Numbered from the stretch's first letter, positions 10,001 to 19,348 are shown. The stretch is 64,000 bases of DNA from Cyanobacteria bacterium RYN_339 (GCA_028287685.1 JAQBPE010000490.1:4642-68641), one strand, 5' to 3'. A program made the numbers and translations. The notes: generated from the sequence alone by a model not told the origin.

Positions 10001-12982
10001 ATGCGCGACGCCTGGATCCTGGAAACCAAGCTGCAACCGCCCGCGCAGCCCCCGCACGGGCTGGAGCGTGCCTTCGAGCGCCTGGGCGCGGGCTTGCCGC
10101 CCGTCACCTGGCTGGTGGCCGGCCCCGGCTACGGCAAGACGCTGGCCCTGGCCAACCTCGCCCGCCGGACCGGCCACGCGGTGCTGTGGCTGACGGCGGA
10201 CGACCGCGACGCCGACCCCGCCACGCTCTTCCCCTACCTGGTGGCCGGCATGCGCGCCACCATCCCGGCCTTCGGGACGGCGCTGCTGGCCTCGCTGCAA
10301 GGCGGAGCGCCCGACCCGCGCGTGCTCTGGCAGCGCTTCTTCCAGGAGCTGGCGGCCTACAACGTGCCCGGCCTGGTGCTTGCGCTGGACGAGGCGCACG
10401 AGTTGGGGGAGGCGCTGGTCGCCTTGGCCTACTTCTTTGACAAGCTGCCGCCGGGCGTGCACGTGGCGCTGGCCTCGCGCCGGCGCCCCCCGGCCGTGCG
10501 CGCCCGCGCCCGCGTTGCCTGGCTGGAGCAGGCAGACCTGGCCTTCACCCCCGCCGAGGTGGGTGCCTTCCTGGCGGCGCGCGCCCCCGGCGGCGTGCCC
10601 CCGGCCTGGCACGCCGCCGCCGAGCCCCTGGAAGGCTGGCCGCTGGGGCTGGACCTGCTGACCCGCGGTGGCAGCCCGGCCGGCGTGGTGGCGGAGGAGC
10701 TGTACCAGGCCCAGCCGGCGCACCGGCGGGACCTCATGCTCAAGGCGGCCCTGTTGCCGGAGATCACGCCGGAGGCCTGCCGCTGGGTGTTCCAGGCGCT
10801 GGATGCGGCGGACGTGCTGGCGGAGCTGGAGGCCGAGCACCTGCTCACCCGCCTGGCGGGCTCCCCCGCCTACCGCTTCCCGGCCTACCTGCGCGACTTC
10901 CTGGCCACCGAAGCCGCCCGCGCCGTTCCCGCCCTGGCCGCCGTCGCCTGGCACCGCCGCGCCGCCACCTACTACCGCGAGCAGCGGCGCGAGGAGCTGG
11001 CCTTGCCGCACCTGCTGGCTTCCCGCGACTGGGACGCGGCGATCGCCGCGTGCAATGCCACCTTCCCGGGCATGCACTTCGCCGGCCGCGGCGCGCAAGT
11101 CGCTCGCTTCCTGGCCGCCTTCCCACCGGAGGTGGAGGCCGCGGAGCCGGTGCTGCAGCTCTGGCACGGCCACCTGGGCTCGCGCGCCGGACGCACGGAG
11201 GAGGCCCTGGCTGCCTACGAGGCCGCGGGGCGCCTGTTCCGGGAGCGCGACGACGGGGCGGGCGAGCTCAAGGTGCTGGTGCGCCAGCTGACGCTGGCGG
11301 TGCGGCAGGAGGATATGAAGCGCTTCAACCAGCTGGTGATGCAGGCGTTGGCACGCCTGGCCGAGGGCCTGGCCGAGGACGTGGTCGACCTGCATCTCGC
11401 GCGGGCCTGCGCCGCCGACCTGCGCGGCGACCAGGCCCTGATGCGCGAGTGCAACGAGGCGGCCCTGGCGCTGCCGCCGGGCGCGAACCCCGAGATCGCA
11501 GCCAGCCACGTGATCGCGCACCTGAACCTGTACACGGACGCCTTCCACCGCGGGGAGCTGGCGCGGGCGGCGGGTCATGCGGGGCTGGCGGGGGCGATCG
11601 CGGACGATTTCGGCTTCGGGCCATACCGGCTCTACGCGGGCTTCCTGCAGGCCCACCTGCACCTGATCATGGACGAGTCCGACGCCGCCGGCACGCTGCT
11701 GCGCGCCCTGCCGCCGGGCTGGGAAGACCAGTTGGATTGGCACATGCGCGCGGTGGGCCTGACGGTACTCGCTACCTGGCACGTGGCCCGCGGCGAGGCC
11801 GCCGAGGCAGAGGCCTGCGCGCGGCGCTCGCTGGCCGAGTTCGAGCGGGCGGGCTACCGCGAGGGTCGGAAGCTGCCGCTGGAGCCGCTGATGTGGCTGG
11901 CGTTGCAGCGCCAGCAGCCTGGCCGCGTGGCAGGGTTGGATCCGGGCGGGGCCGGTGACCGCAACTTCTACGATTTGTCGCTGGCGCTGCCGCGCGCGCG
12001 GGCGCTGCACCTGGCGGGAGATGCGGCGGCGGCGCGGGAGCAGCTGTCCCACATCGTGGCGGAGGCCGATCGGTTGGGGCTGCAGCTGATCGCGACGCGC
12101 GCGCGGCTTTACCTGGCCGCGACCGGCGACGCGGGGTCCGCGCTGGCGGAGGCGGAGGCGCTGATGGAGCGGCAAGGCTATGGCTTCTTGCGGGCGCAGG
12201 ACCGCAGCCTGTGGGAGGACCTGGCCCCCGCCACCAGGGCGGAGGGGGTGCCCCGCCTATCCCTCTGCTGCTTCGGCGGCTTCCAAATCCGCCTGGACGG
12301 CGTCACCCTCGACCAGTGGCCCCGCAAGAAGGCCAAGCTGATCCTGGCCGCCCTGGCCCTCCAGCCCGCAGGCGTGCGCCTGGCGGACCTCGCCGCCCTG
12401 CTGGGCGACGGCGACGAAGCCTCCGGCCACGGCATCCTCAAGGTCACCATGCCGGTCCTGCGCCGCACCCTCGAACCAGACCTGCCCAAGGGCGCGGGCT
12501 CGTCCTTCATCTGGCTGGCCGACGACCGCTACGGCCTCGTGCCCGTCACGCTCGACGTCGCCGCCTTCGATCACGCCCTGACCTCCGCGGAAGCCGCGCG
12601 CGCCACCGACCCCGTCGCCGCCGCCGCGCACTACGAGGCCGCCCTGGCCTTGTATCAGGGCGACCTGCTGGCAGAAGCCTTCTTCCGCGAGTTCTTCGAC
12701 GAAGAACGCGAGCGTCGGCGGCACCAAGCCGCGAGCGCCCTGGGGTGGCTGGCGGACCACCATGGCCGCCGGGGCGACCACACCGGCCAGGAACAGGCGC
12801 TGGCCCGCGCCGCCGGCATCGCGCCGACGGACGAGGCCACCTACCTGGCCCTGATGGCCTTCTACCGGTCCAACGGCCGGCCGGAGCGGGTGCGGCAGGT
12901 CTACTGGGACTGCCGCAAGGCGCTCAAGCTGCACCTGGACGCCTTGCCCTCCGAAGCGTTCGAGCTGGCCTCCCGGGCTTAA
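10001..12982 (+). CDS. Large STAND-type ATPase / TPR transcriptional regulator with C-terminal SARP (winged-helix + BTAD) module
   Basis: Walker A VAGPGYGKT, Walker B LVLALDEAHE, long helical-repeat middle. C-terminal OmpR/SARP-like LSLCCFGGFQIRLDGVTLDQWPRKKAKLILAALAL followed by a BTAD-like region (HYEAALALYQGDLL ... YLALMAFYRSNGRPERVRQVY). Confidence 0.85.
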   Translation: MRDAWILETKLQPPAQPPHGLERAFERLGAGLPPVTWLVAGPGYGKTLALANLARRTGHAVLWLTADDRDADPATLFPYLVAGMRATIPAFGTALLASLQGGAPDPRVLWQRFFQELAAYNVPGLVLALDEAHELGEALVALAYFFDKLPPGVHVALASRRRPPAVRARARVAWLEQADLAFTPAEVGAFLAARAPGGVPPAWHAAAEPLEGWPLGLDLLTRGGSPAGVVAEELYQAQPAHRRDLMLKAALLPEITPEACRWVFQALDAADVLAELEAEHLLTRLAGSPAYRFPAYLRDFLATEAARAVPALAAVAWHRRAATYYREQRREELALPHLLASRDWDAAIAACNATFPGMHFAGRGAQVARFLAAFPPEVEAAEPVLQLWHGHLGSRAGRTEEALAAYEAAGRLFRERDDGAGELKVLVRQLTLAVRQEDMKRFNQLVMQALARLAEGLAEDVVDLHLARACAADLRGDQALMRECNEAALALPPGANPEIAASHVIAHLNLYTDAFHRGELARAAGHAGLAGAIADDFGFGPYRLYAGFLQAHLHLIMDESDAAGTLLRALPPGWEDQLDWHMRAVGLTVLATWHVARGEAAEAEACARRSLAEFERAGYREGRKLPLEPLMWLALQRQQPGRVAGLDPGGAGDRNFYDLSLALPRARALHLAGDAAAAREQLSHIVAEADRLGLQLIATRARLYLAATGDAGSALAEAEALMERQGYGFLRAQDRSLWEDLAPATRAEGVPRLSLCCFGGFQIRLDGVTLDQWPRKKAKLILAALALQPAGVRLADLAALLGDGDEASGHGILKVTMPVLRRTLEPDLPKGAGSSFIWLADDRYGLVPVTLDVAAFDHALTSAEAARATDPVAAAAHYEAALALYQGDLLAEAFFREFFDEERERRRHQAASALGWLADHHGRRGDHTGQEQALARAAGIAPTDEATYLALMAFYRSNGRPERVRQVYWDCRKALKLHLDALPSEAFELASRA

Positions 12983-13347
12983 TCGCCGCGACGCGACATC
13001 ACGGGGGCGACCTCGCCGCCGGCCTCGCCGTCCTTGGGACCGCCCTGCTTGGCGAAGATGCCCTCGTGGCCGCCGGCAGGCGCCTCGTCGGACTTGGCCT
13101 TGCCGCGCTTGGCGAAGGTGCCCAGGTGGTTGCCCGTGGTGGCCGAGGCCTCGGCCTTGGGCTGGCCCTCGCCGGCGGGGATGCCGGCGTGCGAACCAGC
13201 GGCGGGGCGGTGGCTGGAGAGCGAGAGGCCGTCGGCCTTCATGCGGGGCTGCGCGGCGCAAGCGGCGGGAGCGGCCGCCTGGCCCACCGGCCGGGCCAGC
13301 GTGGAGGCGGTGGCGGGGCGGGTGGCGGTCGTGGCGGTGGTGTTCAT
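12979..13347 (-). CDS. Hypothetical 122-aa protein with three ~20-aa His/Gly repeats
   Basis: ATG preceded by GAAGGAG at -5. Repeats GSHAGIPAGEGQPKAEASATT / GNHLGTFAKRGKAKSDEAPA / GGHEGIFAKQGGPKDGEAGG; the 60-nt period is visible in the DNA (cttggcgaag at 13048 and 13108). Confidence 0.6.
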   Translation of the reverse strand: MNTTATTATRPATASTLARPVGQAAAPAACAAQPRMKADGLSLSSHRPAAGSHAGIPAGEGQPKAEASATTGNHLGTFAKRGKAKSDEAPAGGHEGIFAKQGGPKDGEAGGEVAPVMSRRGD

Positions 13348-13504
13348 CGGGGCTCCTTCTCTACTCTCGGCTTCCGGTTCGCTTCACCGGAACAAGGTCA
13401 GTATGCTCCCGGGGCCATGACAACCCGGCAACAAACCCCCCGGTCGTGCTTAAAGCCCGGTAAACCTTGCTCGCCGATCCCTTAACGCCGCGGCCGGGTA
13501 TGGC

Positions 13505-14344
13505 ATGACCATGCCTGCCTGGGAAGACGACCTGCGCCGCTGGCTGGCCGATCAGCCCGCCGCCCCCGCCCCGATCGAGGAGCCCGTCCGGCCGCCCAAC
13601 TGGAAGGCGGAGCTGCTGCGCGAGGCCAACTTCGGCTGGGCGCCCGAAGCCCCGCCCGCGGCGCCACCGGCGGTCGAAACCCCGGTCATCCCCGCCTACA
13701 TCCCCCCGCGCCGCGACCTGCCGCGCCCCTACTTCACCCGCCACGGCTACGAGCCGGGCCAGAAGCCGCCTTCCAAGGCCGCCATGCAGGACCTGATCCA
13801 GCAGGTCTACGGCGCCACCACCCCCGGCCTCATCTACCGCATGGTGGCGGACACGCCGCTGTTCGGCGCGCTCGACACCTGGCGCGACGGCGACCTCCAC
13901 CACAACCACAAGCTGCTGCGCATCCTCTTCGACCGCATCTCCGCCCAGCTGGGCGACGCCTACGGCTTCAAGGCCGCTCCGCTGGGCAAGCTCGACCACT
14001 CCAAGCACTTCCTGGGCTACTACGCCTACGCGGAGCAGGCGATCTTCCTGTCGGCGGCCCACCTCACGGACCACCCCGCCCACGCCGTCAACACGATCGC
14101 CCACGAGCAGGCCCACCGGCTGCAAGACCTGCTGGTGCAAGCCGTCACCTACCGCCGCAAGCTCTCGCCGCCGGAGCGCAGCCTGGCGCTCTGGTGGTAC
14201 GACGAGCGCACCTACGACCACCGCACCCACCCAGCCGAATACCACCACAGCCTCAAGGAATGGCACGCCCGCCAGGTGGGCAATTCGGTGGCGGCTGGCC
14301 TGGGCCGCGTCTTCGGCTGGCCGACCGAACTATCTAATCTGTGA
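13505..14344 (+). CDS. Hypothetical HExxH protein with no signal peptide (putative zincin-like)
   Basis: Single HExxH in the context AVNTIAHEQAHRLQDLL; Pro-rich N-terminal third; GC3-rich codon usage along the whole ORF. Confidence 0.7.
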   Translation: MTMPAWEDDLRRWLADQPAAPAPIEEPVRPPNWKAELLREANFGWAPEAPPAAPPAVETPVIPAYIPPRRDLPRPYFTRHGYEPGQKPPSKAAMQDLIQQVYGATTPGLIYRMVADTPLFGALDTWRDGDLHHNHKLLRILFDRISAQLGDAYGFKAAPLGKLDHSKHFLGYYAYAEQAIFLSAAHLTDHPAHAVNTIAHEQAHRLQDLLVQAVTYRRKLSPPERSLALWWYDERTYDHRTHPAEYHHSLKEWHARQVGNSVAAGLGRVFGWPTELSNL

Positions 14345-14402
14345 AACCCGAGTTAACCTGGCTGCGTAATTCATGCAACGAAGGCCCCTTAGGCTAGGAA
14401 CC

Positions 14403-15350
14403 ATGAAGAAGCTCCTCCCCCTCCTGTGCACCCTCGCCCTGGCGGGCTGTCAGCAGACCCTGACGCTGCCGTCCGCCACCGTGCTCGCCAGCGACTCGCT
14501 GGGCGGCCTGGCTTCGAGCGTCGCGGCCCATGCGTCCGTGGAGGCCGTCGCGCCCCTGGCGTTCGTGCTGACGCCCGAGTCGGCCGGCTTCTTGCAGGCC
14601 CTGACGACCACGGCGGAGCCCCAGCGCATCGCCCTGGCCAACCGCCTGAAGGCGGACAGCACCATCACCAGCGCCATCACGAACTGGAGCCGCGCGGGCG
14701 CCGCCGGCCGCCTGGCCGTGCTGCAGCGCGTGGCGACGATCGAGGGCGAGGTCATGCACTGCCAGGTCCCCACCGTGAAGGAGGAAGCCAGCACCACCGC
14801 GCCCTCCGGCATGTTGGCCTTCTTCCAGGCGGAGTCGGGCGGCCTCGGCGAGATCACGATCTACTCCAACGCGATCGCCTCCGGCGGCGGCTACCTGGCC
14901 CTCTCGATGGTGATCCACGAGATGCGCCACGCGGTGCAGTACCAGCTGGTGTCTGGCGACCAAACCAAGCTGACGGCCGACGAGAAGACGCTCGCCACCG
15001 GCTACCGCACGGCCTGGGAGACGGTCAACGCGCTGGGCGGCGAGAGCAAGCTGAGCTACGGCGACTACGTGCACCTGGCCGTGGAGTTCGACGCCTTCCA
15101 GGCCGGCAACCAGGTGGCCACGCTCATGTCGGGTGGCACCTTCGACCAGCGCGGCAGCGGCTTCGTCGACACCCAGTACGTCACCGCCGGCACGCCCAAC
15201 CTGGACCTCACGACCATGCTGGGCAACTTCACCACCAGCGAGCTCACGGGCGCCGTCAACCTGGCCCAGGCCAAGGCCGAGCCCGCGCGCAGCCCGGTCG
15301 TCTCGCGCCAGCGCCCCGTCGTCACGCGCGGCGGCCGGGCGGGGCGTTAA
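14403..15350 (+). CDS. Hypothetical HExxH lipoprotein (putative zincin-like)
   Basis: Signal and lipobox MKKLLPLLCTLALAGC; HExxH in LSMVIHEMRHAVQYQL. The ORF track starts at 14373; I prefer ATG 14403. Confidence 0.75.
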   Translation: MKKLLPLLCTLALAGCQQTLTLPSATVLASDSLGGLASSVAAHASVEAVAPLAFVLTPESAGFLQALTTTAEPQRIALANRLKADSTITSAITNWSRAGAAGRLAVLQRVATIEGEVMHCQVPTVKEEASTTAPSGMLAFFQAESGGLGEITIYSNAIASGGGYLALSMVIHEMRHAVQYQLVSGDQTKLTADEKTLATGYRTAWETVNALGGESKLSYGDYVHLAVEFDAFQAGNQVATLMSGGTFDQRGSGFVDTQYVTAGTPNLDLTTMLGNFTTSELTGAVNLAQAKAEPARSPVVSRQRPVVTRGGRAGR

Positions 15351-15443
15351 CCAAAGTATAACCAACCTGGCATCCTGCCGACGCAATCGGTTGCTAATAT
15401 AATCCATGTAAAAAGGTGGAAGTCATCTCATCAATCCGTGCTG

Positions 15444-15484
15444 GAAAATCGCTCGAGACGTAAGTCTCGGGCGATTTTCTTTTA
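15444..15484 (+). terminator. Rho-independent terminator downstream of the HExxH lipoprotein gene
   Basis: gaaaatcgctcgagac-gtaa-gtctcgggcgattttc forms a 16-bp stem with one G-U pair, followed by tttt. It lies in an AT-rich spacer. Confidence 0.7.
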
Positions 15485-15542
15485 AAGTTTGCAATGAAAA
15501 ATCCGATAGATCAAATGTCCCTAGCTATCGGAGGATATGGAA

Positions 15543-16016
15543 ATGAACATTCAGGGCATTGGTCAGCACGGCCACAAGCATGGTGGAGGCATCGAAGGCT
15601 TCATCAGTAAGTTGAAAGATGATACGAGCGACGAAGCAACCGGGATCAAGAACTCGTACCAGAAGCTCAAGGACGACATCAAGGCCGGCGCCACCCAGGA
15701 AACCCTGACGGCCGACCGCAGCGCCCTGACGGACGCGATGAAGACCTTCCGCGAGAAGAACCCCCCGCCGGCACGCCCGGAGCACGACGCCCAGGGCTTC
15801 CTGGCCAAGCTGGCCGAGAAGGTCTCGTCGGACCAGAGCACCGAAGGCACCCAGCTGGCCGCCGCGATCAAGAAGCTCCAGGGCGACAGCGCGGGCGTCG
15901 ACGCGGACAAGCAGTCCTTCATGGACGCGCTCAAGGCCTACTTCGAGAAGCAGCGCGGCCAATCGGCCGGCGACGACGCCACGGCCTCGGGCCAGAACGT
16001 CGACTGCCGCGCCTGA
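15543..16016 (+). CDS. Hypothetical helical protein with His-rich N-terminus (GQHGHKHGGG)
   Basis: GGAGGA lies 7 nt before ATG 15543 (ATG 15537 is too close to the SD). K/D/E-rich helical sequence with no known motif. Confidence 0.65.
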   Translation: MNIQGIGQHGHKHGGGIEGFISKLKDDTSDEATGIKNSYQKLKDDIKAGATQETLTADRSALTDAMKTFREKNPPPARPEHDAQGFLAKLAEKVSSDQSTEGTQLAAAIKKLQGDSAGVDADKQSFMDALKAYFEKQRGQSAGDDATASGQNVDCRA

Positions 16017-16405
16017 TCGAGCCGGTACAGGCACGCCGACGGCCGAACCACCGGCTGGACCACCCCCCGGTGCCCGCACGCCCCCACGCTCAACGCCAGC
16101 ACCACCCAGACCCGTTTCGGCAACATCACATGCCCTCCTGACCCGTTTGTCAGCCTGCAGGCCTTTGGGCTTGCAGGCTTCAAACGCTGTCAAGGGGGGA
16201 TTTCAGCCTTTCGCCTCGACGGCCACCCGCACCCTGATGGCGGGAGCTAGGACTGCAAGAAATTTTGCCGTTTGTGCAAGCTTGGCTAGCCCAAAGGTCT
16301 GCAGCATCGGAAATCTAGCTTTAACCACTGTTAGCGGGAGATTTCGGGCAGGTCCCGGGTAGAAGAATCGGGCAACCGCCCGTCGTCGATGGAGGGTGTC
16401 CCGCC

Positions 16406-17824
16406 GTGTATGCGCTCCTGATCGGTGTCCTGCTGGCGGCCGTGGCCACTGCCCCGCCGGGCCCAACGGCGGAGTTACAACAGCGCGCGGCGCAGAACGA
16501 CCCGGTCGCGATGTACACCCTGGGCGACCAGCTTTGTCGGCAGGGAGATTGGGCGAATGGCGAAGGTTGGATCGCGCGCGCGGGGCGGCTTGGCAACGTC
16601 TCCGCATGCCTCTGGCTGGCGGACCGCTACGATCGTCGCAACTCGCGAGGGGTCTCGTCCAGGTGGCTCAAGGCTGCGGCGGAGGGGGGCAGTCGGCCCG
16701 CAATCGTAGCCTGGGCGAACCGGCTTGTTCTGGGGCAGGGCGTCCCGCGGGCTTACACCACGGCGGTGGCGCTGCTGGAACCCCTGGCCGCTGGCGGCGA
16801 TTGGGACGCCGTGGAGGCACTGGCCGACGCACGGAAGCGCCCTCTCTCACCCCCTCGGTCCGAGGCCCGCTTCAGGGCAGCCCTCGAGGCCGCGCAGCGC
16901 TCCGAGGCGGCGGGCGATAGCGCGCTCGCTTGGCGACTTTACCGTCGGCTGGGCGAATGGATCTTGGCGGACGCTCGCGGCCTCACCGCGGAGATCCCGC
17001 GGCTGGGCACCCCTTTCGTGCCGCTGCGCCTGGCATCCGCGCTCTCGGCGTTGGAGGCCGAGGCGGGCAATGGCTCCGGTGCCGCTTGCTACGTCCGCGC
17101 CATGGTGGCCCTCAATGGCCTGTGGGGCCCGGAAGATCCTGCCCAGGCGGAGCGTTGGCTGGAGCGCGGCGCCATGTTGCGCGACCCTGCATGCGGCAGC
17201 CTCCTGGCCGACCGGCGCGCCGCGACCGATGGCCAGAAGGGGGCCCTGGCCCGATATCGCCACCTCTTCGACGGCAACATCCTGAACACCTACGACCCCG
17301 CTGCAGGGGATGCCGCCACCGCGGCCTTCCTCCATGCCGTGGATCGGATGACCGCCGAGAGCTTCGATCGGCAAGACCTTTGGGGCGAGCATGATCTCGG
17401 GCTGGTGCAGGACCTGGCCTCGGCCAAGTCCTTCTTCACCTCGCTTCATCTGCCGCCGGATCGCCTGGCGCGCCTGGTGGACGGCGACGCCGACACGCTG
17501 CCGCCCGGGTACTTGCAGGCCCAGGGGCTCGGGTCGCTGTTGGAGCGGAAGGCCGCTTATGCGGACGATCCCGCCGTGGCCCATAAATTCCTGATGGAGA
17601 GCGCCGCCCAGGGAACACGCAGTGCCCAATACAGGGTGGGGCTGGAGTTGGTGGAGCGTCCCGTGTCCGCCACGACCGGCCTGGCGTACCTGGAGCTGGC
17701 AGCGGCCCAGGACTACCGGCCGGCATCCCGGATCTTGGATGCCACTGAAGCCCGCCTCGGGCCGGCCACCGTGGCGGCGGCGCAGGCCCAGGCCGGGACT
17801 TGGTGGGAAGCCGCCTTCCGTTAG
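16406..17824 (+). CDS. Sel1-like repeat (SLR/TPR-family) protein, exported
   Basis: Signal-like MYALLIGVLLAAVATA; repeated SLR pattern (A.YTLGDQL..G ... W...AA..G...A...LA). Confidence 0.85.
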   Translation: MYALLIGVLLAAVATAPPGPTAELQQRAAQNDPVAMYTLGDQLCRQGDWANGEGWIARAGRLGNVSACLWLADRYDRRNSRGVSSRWLKAAAEGGSRPAIVAWANRLVLGQGVPRAYTTAVALLEPLAAGGDWDAVEALADARKRPLSPPRSEARFRAALEAAQRSEAAGDSALAWRLYRRLGEWILADARGLTAEIPRLGTPFVPLRLASALSALEAEAGNGSGAACYVRAMVALNGLWGPEDPAQAERWLERGAMLRDPACGSLLADRRAATDGQKGALARYRHLFDGNILNTYDPAAGDAATAAFLHAVDRMTAESFDRQDLWGEHDLGLVQDLASAKSFFTSLHLPPDRLARLVDGDADTLPPGYLQAQGLGSLLERKAAYADDPAVAHKFLMESAAQGTRSAQYRVGLELVERPVSATTGLAYLELAAAQDYRPASRILDATEARLGPATVAAAQAQAGTWWEAAFR

Positions 17825-17827
17825 CCC

Positions 17828-19348
17828 CTACCCGCAGTTGGTGCCAATCCCCCAAGAGGAGTGAGCCTCCGGGTGGGCCGACCACCAAGCCGCGGCGTCT
17901 AGCCGGGCTTTGGTCAGCAGGGCCGGCGACAGCAGCTTGGCCAGCCGATCTAGCGCGGGCTTGGCGCAAGGATGGTGGTTCCGGCCTGCAATGTCATACC
18001 AGGTCGCCGCGCCCACCAGGTCTTGCTGCCTTTCGAGGTCGTTGGCCCACCGGAGCTCCGCCACGGGGTTGCCGGCCTCCACGGCGATCAGCAGCCAGCG
18101 TCGGGCAAGCTCCTCGTCCTTCGGCAAGCCCCAGCCGCGCTCGTAGCAGTCCGCCAAGTCGGCGGCGTAGCTCATCCTCCGCTCGCCCTTGCGGTTGGCA
18201 AGCGCCTTGAGCCACTTCACGCAGCCCAGGACGTTGCGGGGCACTCCCCCGTCCCCTTGCTTGTAGGCAAGGTACAACGTCGCCATGGCTTGCTCGTCCC
18301 CATGCGAGGCGGCGGTTTCCAGGACCGGCGCCGCGTGCTTGGGGTCGCCCGTCCGCAGCAGGTGCTCGCCGTACTTCCGGTTGGCCACGGGGTCACCGCC
18401 GGCGATCGCCAACCGGAACAACTTGTCCGCCTCGTCCGGCAGGCGAGGCATCGTGGTCCCTCTGGCCAACTCCTCCGCCACAGCGACCTTGGTCGCCACA
18501 TCGCCGTTGGCCGCCGCCAGCAGGAACCACTTCAGCGCGGGCGACGCGTAGCTCGGCTTGCCGTCTGCCGAATACGTGGCCTTGCGTACGGCTTCGCAAT
18601 CGCGATCCACGATCCAGCTGCTGATGCGGAGCTGTGCGACCGCCAGGTCGGGCAGCGCCAGGCGCTTGGCGATAGCGCCAAGGGCTGCGCCGACCTGGGC
18701 ACCCCCTACCTCGGCGCAGCCATACTGGAAGTAGGCCTCGGCCAGCTCGGCCTTGCCGGCCCCGGGCTTGCCAAGGTGCTGGGCCAGCAAGATGCGCGCT
18801 GGCACGACGTTGGCCTCCGCGGCTTGTTTGAGGTAGTTCATGGCCGTTGCCAAGTCTTTGGCGGCGGCACCCGCATGCAGCAGGCCACGCGCAACGCGCA
18901 GGCTGGCATCCGGGTCGCCGTGGTCGGCCGCTTGCCGCCACAGCGTCGCCGCGATCGGCTTGGCGCCGGGCCCGGCCGCACCGGCCTCCACCAAGGTCGC
19001 CAACTTGGCCAATGCGGTGCGCTCCCCGCCCAAGGCCGCCAGCTCGTACCACTTGAGCGCCAGGGCAGGGTTCCTGGGCAGCCCCATCCCCGAAGCGTAG
19101 TGCGCCGCCAACTCGGCCTGGGCGTCGGCCGAACCATGCTCGGCCGCGCGTCGGATCCAGGCCAACGCGTTGGCCCGATCGCCGCGTTCCCACAGCTCCA
19201 GGCCCAGTTCCAACTGGCGTCGGGGGTCACCGGCCTTGGCTTCGGCTTGGATCATCTCGAACGTGTCCGGTGGCCAGGCCGCTAACGCCGGGCCGGCGCC
19301 CATTGCCACGAGGGCCAGCAGCACGATCGAAGTCCGAACCGGGAGCAT
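17828..19348 (-). CDS. Sel1-like repeat protein, exported (last gene of the caspase operon)
   Basis: Signal MLPVRTSIVLLALVAMGAGPALA; many SLR units (e.g. AQAELAAHYASGMGLPRNPALALKWYELAA). Its ATG overlaps the upstream stop by 1 nt (TGATG at 19346-19350). Confidence 0.85.
   Translation of the reverse strand: MLPVRTSIVLLALVAMGAGPALAAWPPDTFEMIQAEAKAGDPRRQLELGLELWERGDRANALAWIRRAAEHGSADAQAELAAHYASGMGLPRNPALALKWYELAALGGERTALAKLATLVEAGAAGPGAKPIAATLWRQAADHGDPDASLRVARGLLHAGAAAKDLATAMNYLKQAAEANVVPARILLAQHLGKPGAGKAELAEAYFQYGCAEVGGAQVGAALGAIAKRLALPDLAVAQLRISSWIVDRDCEAVRKATYSADGKPSYASPALKWFLLAAANGDVATKVAVAEELARGTTMPRLPDEADKLFRLAIAGGDPVANRKYGEHLLRTGDPKHAAPVLETAASHGDEQAMATLYLAYKQGDGGVPRNVLGCVKWLKALANRKGERRMSYAADLADCYERGWGLPKDEELARRWLLIAVEAGNPVAELRWANDLERQQDLVGAATWYDIAGRNHHPCAKPALDRLAKLLSPALLTKARLDAAAWWSAHPEAHSSWGIGTNCG

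Noticed and set aside
7917-12175. Long ORFs 7917-10193 (+) and 9920-12175 (-)
   Set aside because: They are antisense to the NHL protein gene and the STAND regulator gene respectively. They have no motifs, and their repetitive Arg/Ala/Gly composition marks them as shadow ORFs.
10001-12982. STAND NTPase as an Avs/NLR-like antiphage sensor
   Set aside because: The only output domain is a SARP-type DNA-binding/BTAD module. There is no nuclease, protease, TIR or other effector domain. A transcriptional regulator is the economical reading.
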